IMG/VR virus record: IMGVR_UViG_3300035140_000017
Span: 1-27,484 of that record
Source: a virus
Taxonomy: Duplodnaviria; Caudoviricetes
DNA: 27,484 bases
Strand: one strand, 5' to 3'
In this document: piece by piece, positions 6,997 through 15,889 of the stretch
Numbering within the stretch: position 1 is the first letter of the stretch
Layout of the letters: every line of letters starts with the position of its first letter
Position numbers and translations under genes: made by a program
Notes under the pieces: model-generated
Databases searched by the model: none
Told to the model about the DNA's origin: nothing
The model's input: only the letters and a program-made list of their open reading frames with translations

Positions 6997-7009
6997 CGCA
7001 GAGCCATAC
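6818..7009 (-). mobile_element. Isolated cassette remnant flanked by half attC sites
   Basis: GTTAAATGCC 6831-6840 / GGCATTTAAC 6988-6997 are exact complements; L''-like CTTGTAAT 5 nt before 6831; ORF stop TAA in the core. Confidence 0.6.
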
Positions 7010-7198
7010 CGCATAGGTGGTATTGTCTATGCTGCCATCTAGCGTTGTTGACAAAGAACAATGCCCCCATTATAGTCGTATTTGCCCGTCAAATTGCGGT
7101 GACTGCGAAATGTTGGTCAAGATAGGTGGAAAATATGGTGAATGGGAGTGTATAGTGGATGGAGAGATAGGGAGCACAAAACCTATTAATTACCCAAA

Positions 7199-7408
7199 AT
7201 GAGTGAATCTGAATACTTGATGCAGGCCCACCGCCGTCTATCCAAAGGGTATGTTAATGGCGGACTGAGGGCACTGAGAGAGGCATACCCGAAGCGTTAT
7301 GCCGAGGTGGAAAATGAACTGGCCCGAAATTTCACAAAAGACGGCATAGACGAGTGGTGCGAAGAAATAATGAAGGGCCTAAAAAAAGTCGGATACTGGA
7401 GGGAGTGA
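7199..7408 (+). CDS. Hypothetical protein
   Basis: 69-aa ORF in the co-oriented gene train. Confidence 0.6.
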   Translation: MSESEYLMQAHRRLSKGYVNGGLRALREAYPKRYAEVENELARNFTKDGIDEWCEEIMKGLKKVGYWRE

Positions 7409-7602
7409 TGAAAAAGAATACATAATTTCAATAGATGGCTGTGATGATTCGACAGAAGTAAAAATGGAACTTGATGATTCGGGCTTTGCTGTTGTTTATG
7501 AGTTGTCTGCACAGAGCCACATAAACAGCACCTACGGATGTATGCCCACCATTACCATTGAAGGGCACGAAATAGAGGATGCATTGGAGGAGTGATAAAG
7601 AC

Positions 7603-7893
7603 ATGAGAGAATATGAAAAGGTAATTGTACCGGCAAGAACCGAAGAGGTGTTGGTGAGGCGCAAATGCGATTTGTGTGGCGTAGAGGCGGAAAAGGCTGA
7701 TTGGGATGCTGGTGTGTATGTGGTTGACGAAACCGAAATCAAAATAATCATAAAGCACAAAGAGGGTAGTTGCTACCCGGAGGGATCGTGGGGGTCTGAA
7801 TATGAAATAGACCTTTGTCCTGAGTGTTTTCGGGAAAGGTTGATACCGTGGCTAAAGGGCGAGGGCGCAAACATTAAGGAGGTCGAGTGGTAG
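7603..7893 (+). CDS. Zn-ribbon-like hypothetical phage protein
   Basis: GGAGG RBS; KCDLCG...IDLCPECF. Confidence 0.75.
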   Translation: MREYEKVIVPARTEEVLVRRKCDLCGVEAEKADWDAGVYVVDETEIKIIIKHKEGSCYPEGSWGSEYEIDLCPECFRERLIPWLKGEGANIKEVEW

Positions 7894-7921
7894 CCACCCC
7901 AAAACCTAAAAGGAGAAAACC

Positions 7922-8041
7922 ATGATATCAAACTGTTGTGGAGCAGAAGACAGGCTTATGCCTGGGGCCGGACACACCTATGAGGATGTAGGCGTGTGCC
8001 CGGATTGCAAGGAGCATTGCGAGTTTGAGGAGGAAGACTAA
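7922..8041 (+). CDS. 39-aa Cys-rich phage protein (not in track)
   Basis: AAAGGAG RBS; MISNCCGA...GVCPDCKEHCEF. Confidence 0.7.
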   Translation: MISNCCGAEDRLMPGAGHTYEDVGVCPDCKEHCEFEEED

Positions 8042-8047
8042 GACGAT

Positions 8048-8360
8048 ATGACTATCCACCTACACGCACCACAGGCAACGGCCAAAAAAGCACACGCGAC
8101 GACGTGCCCGGACTGTAAAAAAAAGAACACGAATGCTGGCGTTTTTTACACCTTGGTATGGTTGGGATAGCACCTGTATCCGTTGTGGCAGACAGTGGCA
8201 GGATGGCGAATGGTCGGAATTGCCATTTGCGAACAACATCTGGACGCACGATGAAAACGGCGACTATAAACCAATGACGCCAAGACAACACAATATTGCA
8301 ACAGCGAAACGATTTTTTCGGGCCATGCCGCCAGCGAGCGAAAACTACTATGGTATATAA
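8048..8360 (+). pseudogene. Zn-finger-like gene split by a 1-nt frameshift in an A8 run
   Basis: Frame from ATG 8048 gives ...TTCPDCKK; removing one A at 8117-8124 joins it to RTRMLAFFTPWYGWDSTCIRCG... (8133-8360). Confidence 0.6.
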
Positions 8361-8375
8361 CAAAGGAGGTAAGCC

Positions 8376-8579
8376 GTGAGCGAAGCTAAGCATAGCGAGC
8401 CAGAGCCATGCCGCGCCTGTTGTTTGGGCCAGCATTGCGATATCAAAAAATATTGCTCTCGTTATAGCAAGGGGCTGGATACCAAGATCGACCCTGCGAG
8501 AGACTGGATTGTCTCCTGCTTTGAGGATGGATACTGCCCCAACTTCAAAGACTGCGGGAGGGAAGACCAAGGACATTAG
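8376..8579 (+). CDS. Cys-rich hypothetical protein
   Basis: AAGGAGGT RBS, GTG start. Confidence 0.7.
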   Translation: MSEAKHSEPEPCRACCLGQHCDIKKYCSRYSKGLDTKIDPARDWIVSCFEDGYCPNFKDCGREDQGH

Positions 8580-8648
8580 CCCTGCGCCGTCAAGCTTAGG
8601 CCACAGCAAGACTTTGGCCTTCAAGGTAGGGGGTAGGCAGGGCAGAAG

Positions 8649-8670
8649 AAAAAAACGCCCCAGAGGGGCG
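8649..8670 (-). terminator. Intrinsic terminator of the leftward operon
   Basis: Minus: CGCCCC TCT GGGGCG TTTTTTT, just after the stop at 8677. Confidence 0.7.
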
Positions 8671-8676
8671 ATATGG

Positions 8677-8988
8677 TTAGTTGGAAAAAGGCATTTGATC
8701 TTCCGGGGCCACGCAATCTTCGCAATAAACCCCGTGTTTTTTCCCTGGCCGGTATCTTTTGTCGATCACTTTTCCTTCATTCAGGTAGTAGATGTCGGCC
8801 CCTTCAGGGATTTTCGCTTTACACTTAGCGCAGACAAGCCGCAGTCTTTTGACGCTGATAGTAGTCTTTCGGACAGGCCCGCTTGTCTCCCATGCGTAAG
8901 ACTTGCAGGCCGGGCAGCTCTTGGGCTTCTCTTTACCCTTTGTCGTCCATTCGTGTTTACAGTTGGGTCTTCTACACTTGCAATTCAT
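8677..8988 (-). CDS. Cys-rich (Zn-binding) hypothetical protein
   Basis: Several CxxC motifs; last gene of the leftward operon. Confidence 0.7.
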   Translation of the reverse strand: MNCKCRRPNCKHEWTTKGKEKPKSCPACKSYAWETSGPVRKTTISVKRLRLVCAKCKAKIPEGADIYYLNEGKVIDKRYRPGKKHGVYCEDCVAPEDQMPFSN

Positions 8989-9355
8989 GGTATTTTGTCT
9001 CTCCTCTCATCATTTTTACTATCCTGTCTCGCGTAATCTTGGGACAAAATTCGGCAACGGCACACCAGAACTCGAACTCGCCGCTAAATATAAAGCCCCT
9101 CGCGGACAAAGCATGGGCTTTTTTGGTTGATTTTGGACCTTTGGGCATTATCATGTCCCTTACGGCCTGATTGATTATGCAGCAGGCCAAAGAGCTGTAG
9201 TCGCCGGCCTCGTAGCAGTCCTTGCATAAATACTCGGGCTCCTCACCTTTTATCACCCTGATCGGTTTTCCTGTAACATGGTCTCTTACCACCACGTTTT
9301 TGGAAGAGGGACAAAGCTGTCCCGACTCCTTTCGACACTGTTCACATTTTGCCAT
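8972..9355 (-). CDS. Hypothetical protein
   Basis: GAAAGGAGG RBS before MAKCEQC. Confidence 0.7.
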   Translation of the reverse strand: MAKCEQCRKESGQLCPSSKNVVVRDHVTGKPIRVIKGEEPEYLCKDCYEAGDYSSLACCIINQAVRDMIMPKGPKSTKKAHALSARGFIFSGEFEFWCAVAEFCPKITRDRIVKMMRGETKYHELQV

Positions 9356-9389
9356 GATCTTCCTCCTTTCATTTTTCGGCTTAATCCCT

Positions 9390-9623
9390 TCAGGCCCTAT
9401 AAACATACGTTATGCGTTTCGTTTCGATAGTCACGGGATCAACTACTATACATCGGCGCGTTTTGACCTTGACACTGCAATACCTGCCCGCCGAGGCTTG
9501 TACGTATTTGTCTGACTGTTCAGTGTAAAACGGCTTGCCCGTCTTTTCGAGCATAACCAGGGCCAACCGTACAAAGCTACGGGGACCAGCTGGGGCTCCC
9601 GGCCCGCGCTTACCTCTTGCCAT
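9390..9623 (-). CDS. Hypothetical basic protein
   Basis: GGAGG RBS; operon position. Confidence 0.65.
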   Translation of the reverse strand: MARGKRGPGAPAGPRSFVRLALVMLEKTGKPFYTEQSDKYVQASAGRYCSVKVKTRRCIVVDPVTIETKRITYVYRA

Positions 9624-9804
9624 GATATTCCTCCTTTGTTTGTTCTTCTATCAATTCCCTTATTCTGCCTTCCGGCAGACCCGCCTTGCTCAACCATCCA
9701 GGCATACAGTCGAGGCAGATGCCGTGCGATAAATGGCAGCCTCCAACTGTGAGGTCAACCCCCAGCACCACAAGGCAGTGAGCGCAGACCTGTATCACTT
9801 GCAA
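9610..9804 (-). CDS. Small Zn-binding-like protein
   Basis: VCAHC...SHGICLDC motif. Confidence 0.65.
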   Translation of the reverse strand: MQVIQVCAHCLVVLGVDLTVGGCHLSHGICLDCMPGWLSKAGLPEGRIRELIEEQTKEEYHGKR

Positions 9805-9989
9805 TCCTTTTCCAGGAGGGCCTGCTCCTGCTCCATGATTTCCTCGACGGCCCCAAGGGATGCCAGAACCACCTTTCTTGCCTGCTTTTCGTTTTTCCTG
9901 TAGAACTCGGCCATTGTTCCATTCCAGCCCGGCCTAAATAATGGCTGTATCTGCCAGATGTTTTCAGACAATCTTTTCGCTCTCGTCAT
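9795..9989 (-). CDS. Hypothetical protein
   Basis: GGAGG RBS; overlaps neighbouring genes. Confidence 0.65.
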   Translation of the reverse strand: MTRAKRLSENIWQIQPLFRPGWNGTMAEFYRKNEKQARKVVLASLGAVEEIMEQEQALLEKDCK

Positions 9990-10173
9990 TTTTTAGCCTC
10001 CTGTAGTCGTATGCTTTTGATTTTAAAAAGTTTAGTCCTGCGCCGTCAGACTTTTTTGTCAGCCTCAGAAAGTGAGAGATAAAGGCCGCGTCGATAAAAT
10101 AAACGTATTCGGCGGCGTCTATCTTAACATGGACTGTGCCGTCGTTGGCGTATGACAGGACGGTAAGCGTCAA
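9964..10173 (-). CDS. Hypothetical protein
   Basis: GGGAGG RBS before TTG. Confidence 0.6.
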   Translation of the reverse strand: MTLTVLSYANDGTVHVKIDAAEYVYFIDAAFISHFLRLTKKSDGAGLNFLKSKAYDYRRLKNDESEKIV

Positions 10174-10212
10174 CCTTCGGCCTCCCTTAACGTAATGACA
10201 GTTCCCTGCATA

Positions 10213-10485
10213 TTACCTCCTCTTTACTATTTTAAGGTTATAGCCTATCGACTCCAACTCCTCTTTTAGGTCGGCGTATTCCTCTGGACTGGCCGGGGTT
10301 GTGTGTTCCAGCACCAGGCCATAGTCCGCTGATCCGTGCTGTCCTTTCCGCACGTAGCAGCCTACCAGCCCGCCCGGCTCCACGTCGTCGGGAAAGAGGG
10401 CAATCACCCCGCTTGCCCCTGTTAGCTCCCTGTCCTCGGCGGCCCTGTACCGCCTGAAAACTACTTTTGTCTTGTGTGTATCCAT
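10213..10485 (-). CDS. Conserved-looking early phage protein
   Basis: GGAGGTG RBS; VVFRR...VIALFP...GQHGSAD...EYADLKEELESIGY pattern. Confidence 0.75.
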   Translation of the reverse strand: MDTHKTKVVFRRYRAAEDRELTGASGVIALFPDDVEPGGLVGCYVRKGQHGSADYGLVLEHTTPASPEEYADLKEELESIGYNLKIVKRR

Positions 10486-10502
10486 AACTTTCACCTCCGT
10501 TT

Positions 10503-10667
10503 TTATGATTCTTTTTTGTCCTCGGTGATGACTTTAAATTCCCGCTTACAAAACCAGCACTTAACGACGGGGTTGGTGTCCAGTAGCTCTTTTTTATCTG
10601 ACATCCCGCAGTGAGGGCAATGGTAGTAATATATAATCTGCCAAATATTGGCCCTTGTTTCTTCCAC
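10503..10667 (-). CDS. Small Zn-ribbon protein
   Basis: GGAGGTGAAAGTT before GTG (same 13-nt leader as the 10485 gene); HCPHCG...KCWFCK. Confidence 0.6.
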   Translation of the reverse strand: MEETRANIWQIIYYYHCPHCGMSDKKELLDTNPVVKCWFCKREFKVITEDKKES

Positions 10668-10761
10668 AACTTTCACCTCCTCAGCTTTTTTGATATTTTC
10701 CAGCATACCCACACGATAAGCCAGACCAGATATGGAGCCCCTGCCGTTTTGTATGTCATCG

Positions 10762-10974
10762 TCATCTTGTCGCTGCCTCCCAAAAGGGTAGCCACGCGAA
10801 GGGAATATCAAACCACAGTTTACCGTCCAGGCACGACAAAAAGCAGCCTACACTATCCTTAAGCTCATAGTCCCTGATAATGGCCTTTGTGGTGTCGTTG
10901 ACCGGGACATATAAGTCTGATTCGTGGCGGTCGATTGGAACGCCCGCCGCTTTCATCTTTTCGTAAATGCTCAT
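10762..10974 (-). CDS. Conserved-looking early phage protein
   Basis: GGAGG RBS; IDRHESDLYVP...WFDIPFAWLPFW pattern. Confidence 0.75.
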   Translation of the reverse strand: MSIYEKMKAAGVPIDRHESDLYVPVNDTTKAIIRDYELKDSVGCFLSCLDGKLWFDIPFAWLPFWEAATR

Positions 10975-11225
10975 GGTGTAGACCCCCTCCTTTTCGGGTA
11001 TTTATCTTCCATTAATTCCTCTGCCCATGTTTCGCCTAGCTTTATCATACGCTCTAATGACCCAAATTCTTCCCGCACAGCCGTAAAGGGCGTACTACTA
11101 TTCCTATTGAGCAAATACACTCGCGCCATATTAGGGCCTAATTCCGATATAGTTATCTGTATATGTTTGGGCGTTTGTGTGTGATGCCTGATGCCGCAAT
11201 AGGGTTTGGTCCAGTGTGTCGTCAT
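10971..11225 (-). CDS. Hypothetical protein
   Basis: AAAGGAG RBS; ATGA overlap with the next gene. Confidence 0.7.
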   Translation of the reverse strand: MTTHWTKPYCGIRHHTQTPKHIQITISELGPNMARVYLLNRNSSTPFTAVREEFGSLERMIKLGETWAEELMEDKYPKRRGSTP

Positions 11226-11319
11226 TTTGTCTCCTTTCCGGCGGGGGCTATGCCCCGCCTTTGAATGTTTAATCCTGTCTCACTCTTTCCTTGCAAGTCT
11301 TATCCATTGCCTCTACCTC

Positions 11320-11484
11320 CTATATGATATTTTGATACTTCTTGAATGCCGCGACAAAATCCCGCCTAATCAGATCAAACATATTAACGGGTTCCATCCA
11401 CCCATGCACGGGGCAGTACACATCCCCGCTTTTTGCTTGCTTGCCTACTGTGCCGCATATAGGGCAATTTGATTGTTTTGACAT
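11320..11484 (-). CDS. 54-aa hypothetical protein (not in track)
   Basis: GGGAGG RBS; MSKQSNCPICG...YCPVHGW. Confidence 0.6.
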   Translation of the reverse strand: MSKQSNCPICGTVGKQAKSGDVYCPVHGWMEPVNMFDLIRRDFVAAFKKYQNII

Positions 11485-11522
11485 GGTGTAAGCCTCCCTT
11501 GTTTGTAGGCCCAGGGGCCGGG

Positions 11523-11690
11523 TTATTTGCCGTATGCTTGCTTGTATAGCTCAAAATCCAGATCGTCTATATCGAATATAGATAGATGCAACTCTGATAT
11601 TTGGGCCTCGGTCAGTGCGGTTGCCATATTCCCTGCGCATATGTAGATTTTGCCGTTTCTGGCCTGATATATTTTAACTTTTATCTCCAT
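11523..11690 (-). CDS. 55-aa hypothetical protein (not in track)
   Basis: MEIKVKIYQARNGKIYI...YKQAYGK*. Confidence 0.55.
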   Translation of the reverse strand: MEIKVKIYQARNGKIYICAGNMATALTEAQISELHLSIFDIDDLDFELYKQAYGK

Positions 11691-11780
11691 CTCCGTGCCC
11701 TCATTACCTGCCCTTCTGTTAGTGTGTGATAAGTAGTCATTTCCTCCCCTCCTATTGTCGTGAATTTATCAAACAATAAA

Positions 11781-11796
11781 TGCAATGGATATGCCA
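11781..11796 (-). promoter_or_regulatory. Sigma-54 (-24/-12) promoter for the leftward operon
   Basis: Minus: TGGCATATCCATTGCA against consensus TGGCACNNNNNTTGCW, correct spacing, directly upstream of the operon. Confidence 0.65.
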
Positions 11797-11869
11797 AGAT
11801 TGGCCCAAAATTGATGATGATGAAGGTATCCGCATGACAGGCGTGCAATCGGGGGCAGTTTAGAAAAGA

Positions 11870-12054
11870 TTATCCACGGTCCGGACCGAGAGGATGAAGG
11901 GCCATGTTTCGTGAAATAACCGATTTTGTGGATAAGTGGTAAGCGATATCACCGAATCAGGCCGCAAAGCCAAGGCTGGCAAGGAATTACAAGGCGCACC
12001 GAATGGTTAAATAAATGTGGATAAACTGTGCATAAGCGGGGTAAATGGTTGATA
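11870..12054. promoter_or_regulatory. DnaA-box cluster plus IHF-like site
   Basis: TGTGGATAA 11927 and 12016, TGTGCATAA 12027, TTATCCACG 11870; TAAATGGTTGATA 12042 matches the complement of WATCAANNNNTTR. Confidence 0.55.
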
Positions 12055-12813
12055 TTGTTCAACACTGGAAAGAGTGCAAAAATTGCAGGAAAAGCGACGC
12101 AGAACGGCACCCCGGCAAAGCTCACGACAAAGGGCGGCTTACTACATAACCTCACCTAATAAGTATATAACAAGGTGTAAGGTGTTAAGGTGTGGTGTTG
12201 GGGCGCGAAGCGCACCCTTTACAAAGGACGATCAAGACTGAACTAATCCAAGCCAGCAAGACCGCAGGCCCGAACGAATAAAAAAAAGAGGGAAAGAGGG
12301 CGCGAAGCCAAGGCAGGACTGGGATTGACATAGGGTGGCGACTGCTCACAAATGTAGGGAAAATCGATGGGAAGGATGGAAAAAGGGAACGGGAGGGGTC
12401 TTTCATGCACGCGCTAAAATAAGTCCAAAATAGGGCTGATTTGAGCCCATTTCAGGGTGGCCGCATTGTATATACAACGAAGTTAGACTACATCGGGCGG
12501 AGACAGGAGATACCACTATATGTTGTGTTTGGCTGCCTAATAAAGACCTGATAAAGGCGGCTAAAAAGGAAAGTTCAATAAAGTCAGACACTTACGGAGT
12601 TGCAAGAGTTTACATAATTAAATCTTATCAGACGTTGAAGGGATCGTATAAAAAAAACAATACTTATCTGAGAGAAGGGGGGAGGGGACCCTTTTTGAAA
12701 ATAGACCCCCTCCGCTTATAGTATATACCCCTTTCCCCCACGTAGAAGTCTCTCAAATTTTTTTATATTTTTCAAGTAGTTATGTGTTGCGCCGATAATT
12801 TTAAGAAAAAACA

Positions 12814-12842
12814 TTGACATGCCTCTATTTCTCTTATATCAT
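12814..12842 (+). promoter_or_regulatory. Sigma-70 promoter
   Basis: TTGACA-17 nt-TATCAT with an A-rich upstream tract. Confidence 0.7.
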
Positions 12843-12904
12843 CCTTGATGTTGTATATGCAACCGAGTTAGACTACATTTAGTGCTAAAAGCAAAAAGGG
12901 TATC

Positions 12905-13192
12905 ATGGCTATACCAAGAGGGACAGATGATTGCATAGAAGCTAAATATCTGGTTTTTTTATATTTTATGGACCGGGCAATAGGTAACCTGTCTGATGTA
13001 AAGCTACAGGCCGAGGATTTATTGCAGGACATAACCGAGGCCCCCGGAACAGCCGATTCAGACCCTTGCGAGGAACAAAAGAGGGTTGCGCCGAGCTTGA
13101 AGGAGGTGTTGGATGACGGGCCTGACAGAATCAATAAGGCTTGTGATGATATATCGGCAACCCTTGAAGCTATAAGAAACGCGCTGCTTTGA
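12905..13192 (+). CDS. Hypothetical protein
   Basis: First ORF after the promoter; start uncertain. Confidence 0.55.
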   Translation: MAIPRGTDDCIEAKYLVFLYFMDRAIGNLSDVKLQAEDLLQDITEAPGTADSDPCEEQKRVAPSLKEVLDDGPDRINKACDDISATLEAIRNALL

Positions 13193-13219
13193 TATTGCGA
13201 GTCCGCTTAAGGAGGGCTT

Positions 13220-13414
13220 ATGAAACCTAGAGAAATTGCGGTTGGGATATTTGCCGGATGTCTGTTTTCGTTTGCTGTTGGCGCGGACATGGCCACTATG
13301 GCACGAATTACCGGTATAGAGATACACTCGATGGCGTGGGCGCTGACAGCTACATTCGTCGGTATCCTTGGTACTGTCTTGGGTGTAGCCATAGCGAGGG
13401 ATACTGACGAATAA
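13220..13414 (+). CDS. Small membrane protein
   Basis: AAGGAGG RBS; two hydrophobic segments. Confidence 0.7.
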   Translation: MKPREIAVGIFAGCLFSFAVGADMATMARITGIEIHSMAWALTATFVGILGTVLGVAIARDTDE

Positions 13415-13417
13415 CCC

Positions 13418-13648
13418 ATGCTTACAGACAAGAACAGAAACAAATCGGGCCGGGGATACACGATCTTTCTCGAGATCACTGTGAAGGTCCTGGCCGAGAC
13501 AGCGGGGCTGCACAAGGAGACCGTGCGGCGTCATATCCGGGAAGGTACATTGAATCCGTGGAGCCTGCGGGACATACGGCGGTGGCTGGATGAGTACGGG
13601 GTGGAGCTGGATGAGGCAGAAGACGAGATAGGCGGGGATTGTGGCTAA
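13418..13648 (+). CDS. Helix-turn-helix DNA-binding protein
   Basis: TVKVLAETAGLHKETVRRHIREGTL. Confidence 0.7.
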   Translation: MLTDKNRNKSGRGYTIFLEITVKVLAETAGLHKETVRRHIREGTLNPWSLRDIRRWLDEYGVELDEAEDEIGGDCG

Positions 13649-13935
13649 AAAATTGGAGGGAGGGGAAACTGGTGGCAAGCTTACTTGGTGAAACAGCATA
13701 CAAGGTGGCAGAGGAAGTCATGGGCTTCCGGGAGCAGGCTGTTAAGGAGGCCGTTGATTATGCCATGGGTCGAAGCGACTGGAGCCATAAGGAGGTGGCG
13801 CATAGAGGTCGTTTTTTGAAATATCCCGATGGGTCAATGGAGTTCGTTTTTGATGGTAGAGTCCTATTGGAGTTTACCGTTAGTCTTGAGTCCAAAAAGA
13901 TAAAATATAATTGCAAAAAATTGTATGAAAACTGA
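13639..13935 (+). CDS. Hypothetical protein
   Basis: Operon position; start uncertain. Confidence 0.6.
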   Translation: MWLKNWREGKLVASLLGETAYKVAEEVMGFREQAVKEAVDYAMGRSDWSHKEVAHRGRFLKYPDGSMEFVFDGRVLLEFTVSLESKKIKYNCKKLYEN

Positions 13936-14122
13936 AACACCTCTATTGCGGCTCAGGCAGCAGTTTTCGCATATACCCATACCCGACATCATGAGGGCTG
14001 TCTACGAGGCCATGAAGAAGCATAGCGTCGACACAAGTCGGCATACAATATTGACCGGTGCCGAATGGGGGCTGGAGAATCTGGATAAGGTGAGAAAGGA
14101 GATAAAACAATGGCAGGCGTGA
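13925..14122 (+). CDS. Hypothetical protein
   Basis: Overlaps neighbouring genes. Confidence 0.6.
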   Translation: MKTETPLLRLRQQFSHIPIPDIMRAVYEAMKKHSVDTSRHTILTGAEWGLENLDKVRKEIKQWQA

Positions 14123-14508
14123 ACAAGGCAATACTTATAGGCTTTTTGGGCAAAGACCCGGAGGTTCGATATACCAAATCGGGCACGGCGGTGTGCAGTT
14201 TTTCGCTCGCAACAAATGAATCCTGGAAGGACAAAGACGGACAGAAGCAGGATCGCACCGAATGGCACCGCATAGTGGCCTGGGGTAAGCTTGGCGAGAT
14301 ATGCGGCGAGTACCTTTTTAAGGGTAAACAGGTCTATATAGAAGGCCGGATTCAGACCAGAGAGTGGGAGGACAGCGACGGCAACAAGAGGCAGACCACC
14401 GAGATAGTTGCCAACAATATGACCATGCTCGGACAGGCTGGAGATAATCAGAGCGGTAGACAGGGAAGACCGGCGCCTGAGCCTGAAGGTGATGACTTTG
14501 GCTGGTAA
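14110..14508 (+). CDS. ssb: Single-stranded DNA-binding protein
   Basis: [18 protein letters not shown]...[36 protein letters not shown]; acidic tail. Confidence 0.97.
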   Translation: MAGVNKAILIGFLGKDPEVRYTKSGTAVCSFSLATNESWKDKDGQKQDRTEWHRIVAWGKLGEICGEYLFKGKQVYIEGRIQTREWEDSDGNKRQTTEIVANNMTMLGQAGDNQSGRQGRPAPEPEGDDFGW

Positions 14509-14776
14509 CGTAATCGACATCAATGCCGCTAAGTCTCATTTAAGCGGCGAAGCGACCTGCATCGCCTGTGGCCACGAGTGGGTATGTGTAGCGCCTGTTG
14601 GCGTGTTCAAGGAGATGGAGTGCCCGAAATGTGGCGCGATGAAAGGGTTGATGAAACACGGGGTAATGCCGGAATCATTTTGGGAGTGTGATTGCGGCTG
14701 TTATCTTTTTACTGTTAGCGGAATATCAGGCGATATCATGTGCTGGCAGTGTGGCGAACCTCAACGATGGGACTAG
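14492..14776 (+). CDS. Cys-rich (Zn-binding) phage protein
   Basis: [23 protein letters not shown]. Confidence 0.7.
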   Translation: MTLAGNVIDINAAKSHLSGEATCIACGHEWVCVAPVGVFKEMECPKCGAMKGLMKHGVMPESFWECDCGCYLFTVSGISGDIMCWQCGEPQRWD

Positions 14777-14863
14777 AAGGAGGAATCAAAGTGACGTTTC
14801 TCCTTGCATTTGTCAGCAAAATATGATATGGGATAAAAATGTTTTTAAGGAGGGAAGCTACAC

Positions 14864-15043
14864 ATGAATAGGGAAGAAATGGAAAAAGCTAAAGAACCAA
14901 CAGATGAAGAAATAAAGAAACTTATGGAAGAAGGCGAAGGTGAAAGTTTTTATACAGCCAGAGAAACATTGAGAGAAAAGGCTTATGGCGGAAAGCCTCC
15001 TGCGGGGTATCAAAGCTGGGGCGACTACTGGAAAGCATATTGA
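14864..15043 (+). CDS. 59-aa hypothetical protein (not in track)
   Basis: AAGGAGG RBS; MNREEMEK...WGDYWKAY*. Confidence 0.65.
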   Translation: MNREEMEKAKEPTDEEIKKLMEEGEGESFYTARETLREKAYGGKPPAGYQSWGDYWKAY

Positions 15044-15055
15044 ATATAACATGGA

Positions 15056-15241
15056 ATGAATCAATACTTGCCGCAATACAAGCCTCCAAACAGGAAGAGA
15101 GGTAAGCAGGTAAACGATTTTTGGTGTCCGTACCACAGGGCCTTCTTCTCTGAAGACAAAATATCTCTGAAGTGCAAACCCAAGAGATGTAAACATTTGA
15201 AGCGCATTAATATAGGAGATAGCGATGCCAACCCCAGGTAA
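15056..15241 (+). CDS. Hypothetical basic protein
   Basis: WCPYH...KCKPKRCKHL. Confidence 0.55.
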   Translation: MNQYLPQYKPPNRKRGKQVNDFWCPYHRAFFSEDKISLKCKPKRCKHLKRINIGDSDANPR

Positions 15242-15395
15242 GAAGGAAACACAGAAAGATTTTGTGTCAAGATGTATTCCTATCCGGCAGAAAGAGCATC
15301 CCGGCGAAGACCCCAAGCAAAGTTCCGCTATATGCAATTCGATATTCAGGAAAGAAAAAGGCTACGGAGTGCAGCCTAAAGGCAAGAAGAAGTGA
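15225..15395 (+). CDS. 56-aa small phage protein (not in track)
   Basis: AGGAG RBS; MPTPGKKETQKDFVSRCI...QSSAICNS pattern seen near phage head genes. Confidence 0.7.
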   Translation: MPTPGKKETQKDFVSRCIPIRQKEHPGEDPKQSSAICNSIFRKEKGYGVQPKGKKK

Positions 15396-15889
15396 TGGCT
15401 AAAAGAGGCAGACCTAAAAAAAGACCTGTTTCCGAGGCCAAGCGAAGGGCCGCTCTTCAAAACCTGGAGAAGGCTCGGGCTCAAAACGCCAAGCGCAACG
15501 CAGAGCAAAGGCTTAAGCAGTTCAACGAAGGACTCAGGACCCTAGATAAGACCGTAAGGAAAGAGATCGAAGATGCCATATCCCAGCGGTTTGAAAAGGT
15601 AGACCGGAAAGACATCAAGGACGAAATCCTGAGAGTCTTTATGGATGCCATGGGGTCAAAAGGCATGAAAAAGCTGGCGAAGACCGAGCCCAAGTTCTTC
15701 ATGAATAAAGTCGTTGAAATACTCAAGGCCGAAACCAGCAAGGAAAGCGGAGAGATGTCGAAAGGAACCGGCGTGACCGTCAACATCTTCGGGCTTGACG
15801 GCAAACAGGACTCGACCGCCATAGACGTGACCCCCGTGAACAATGAAGAAGTCAAGGAGCTTGATGGAAGTCAACACCAAGAAAATTGA
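15395..15889 (+). CDS. Putative terminase small subunit
   Basis: Directly upstream of terL; basic N-terminus KRGRPKK; helical core. Confidence 0.6.
   Translation: MAKRGRPKKRPVSEAKRRAALQNLEKARAQNAKRNAEQRLKQFNEGLRTLDKTVRKEIEDAISQRFEKVDRKDIKDEILRVFMDAMGSKGMKKLAKTEPKFFMNKVVEILKAETSKESGEMSKGTGVTVNIFGLDGKQDSTAIDVTPVNNEEVKELDGSQHQEN

Noticed and set aside
11949-12591. Short minus-strand ORFs in the divergence region
   Set aside because: No RBS, unnatural composition, and they overlap regulatory motifs.
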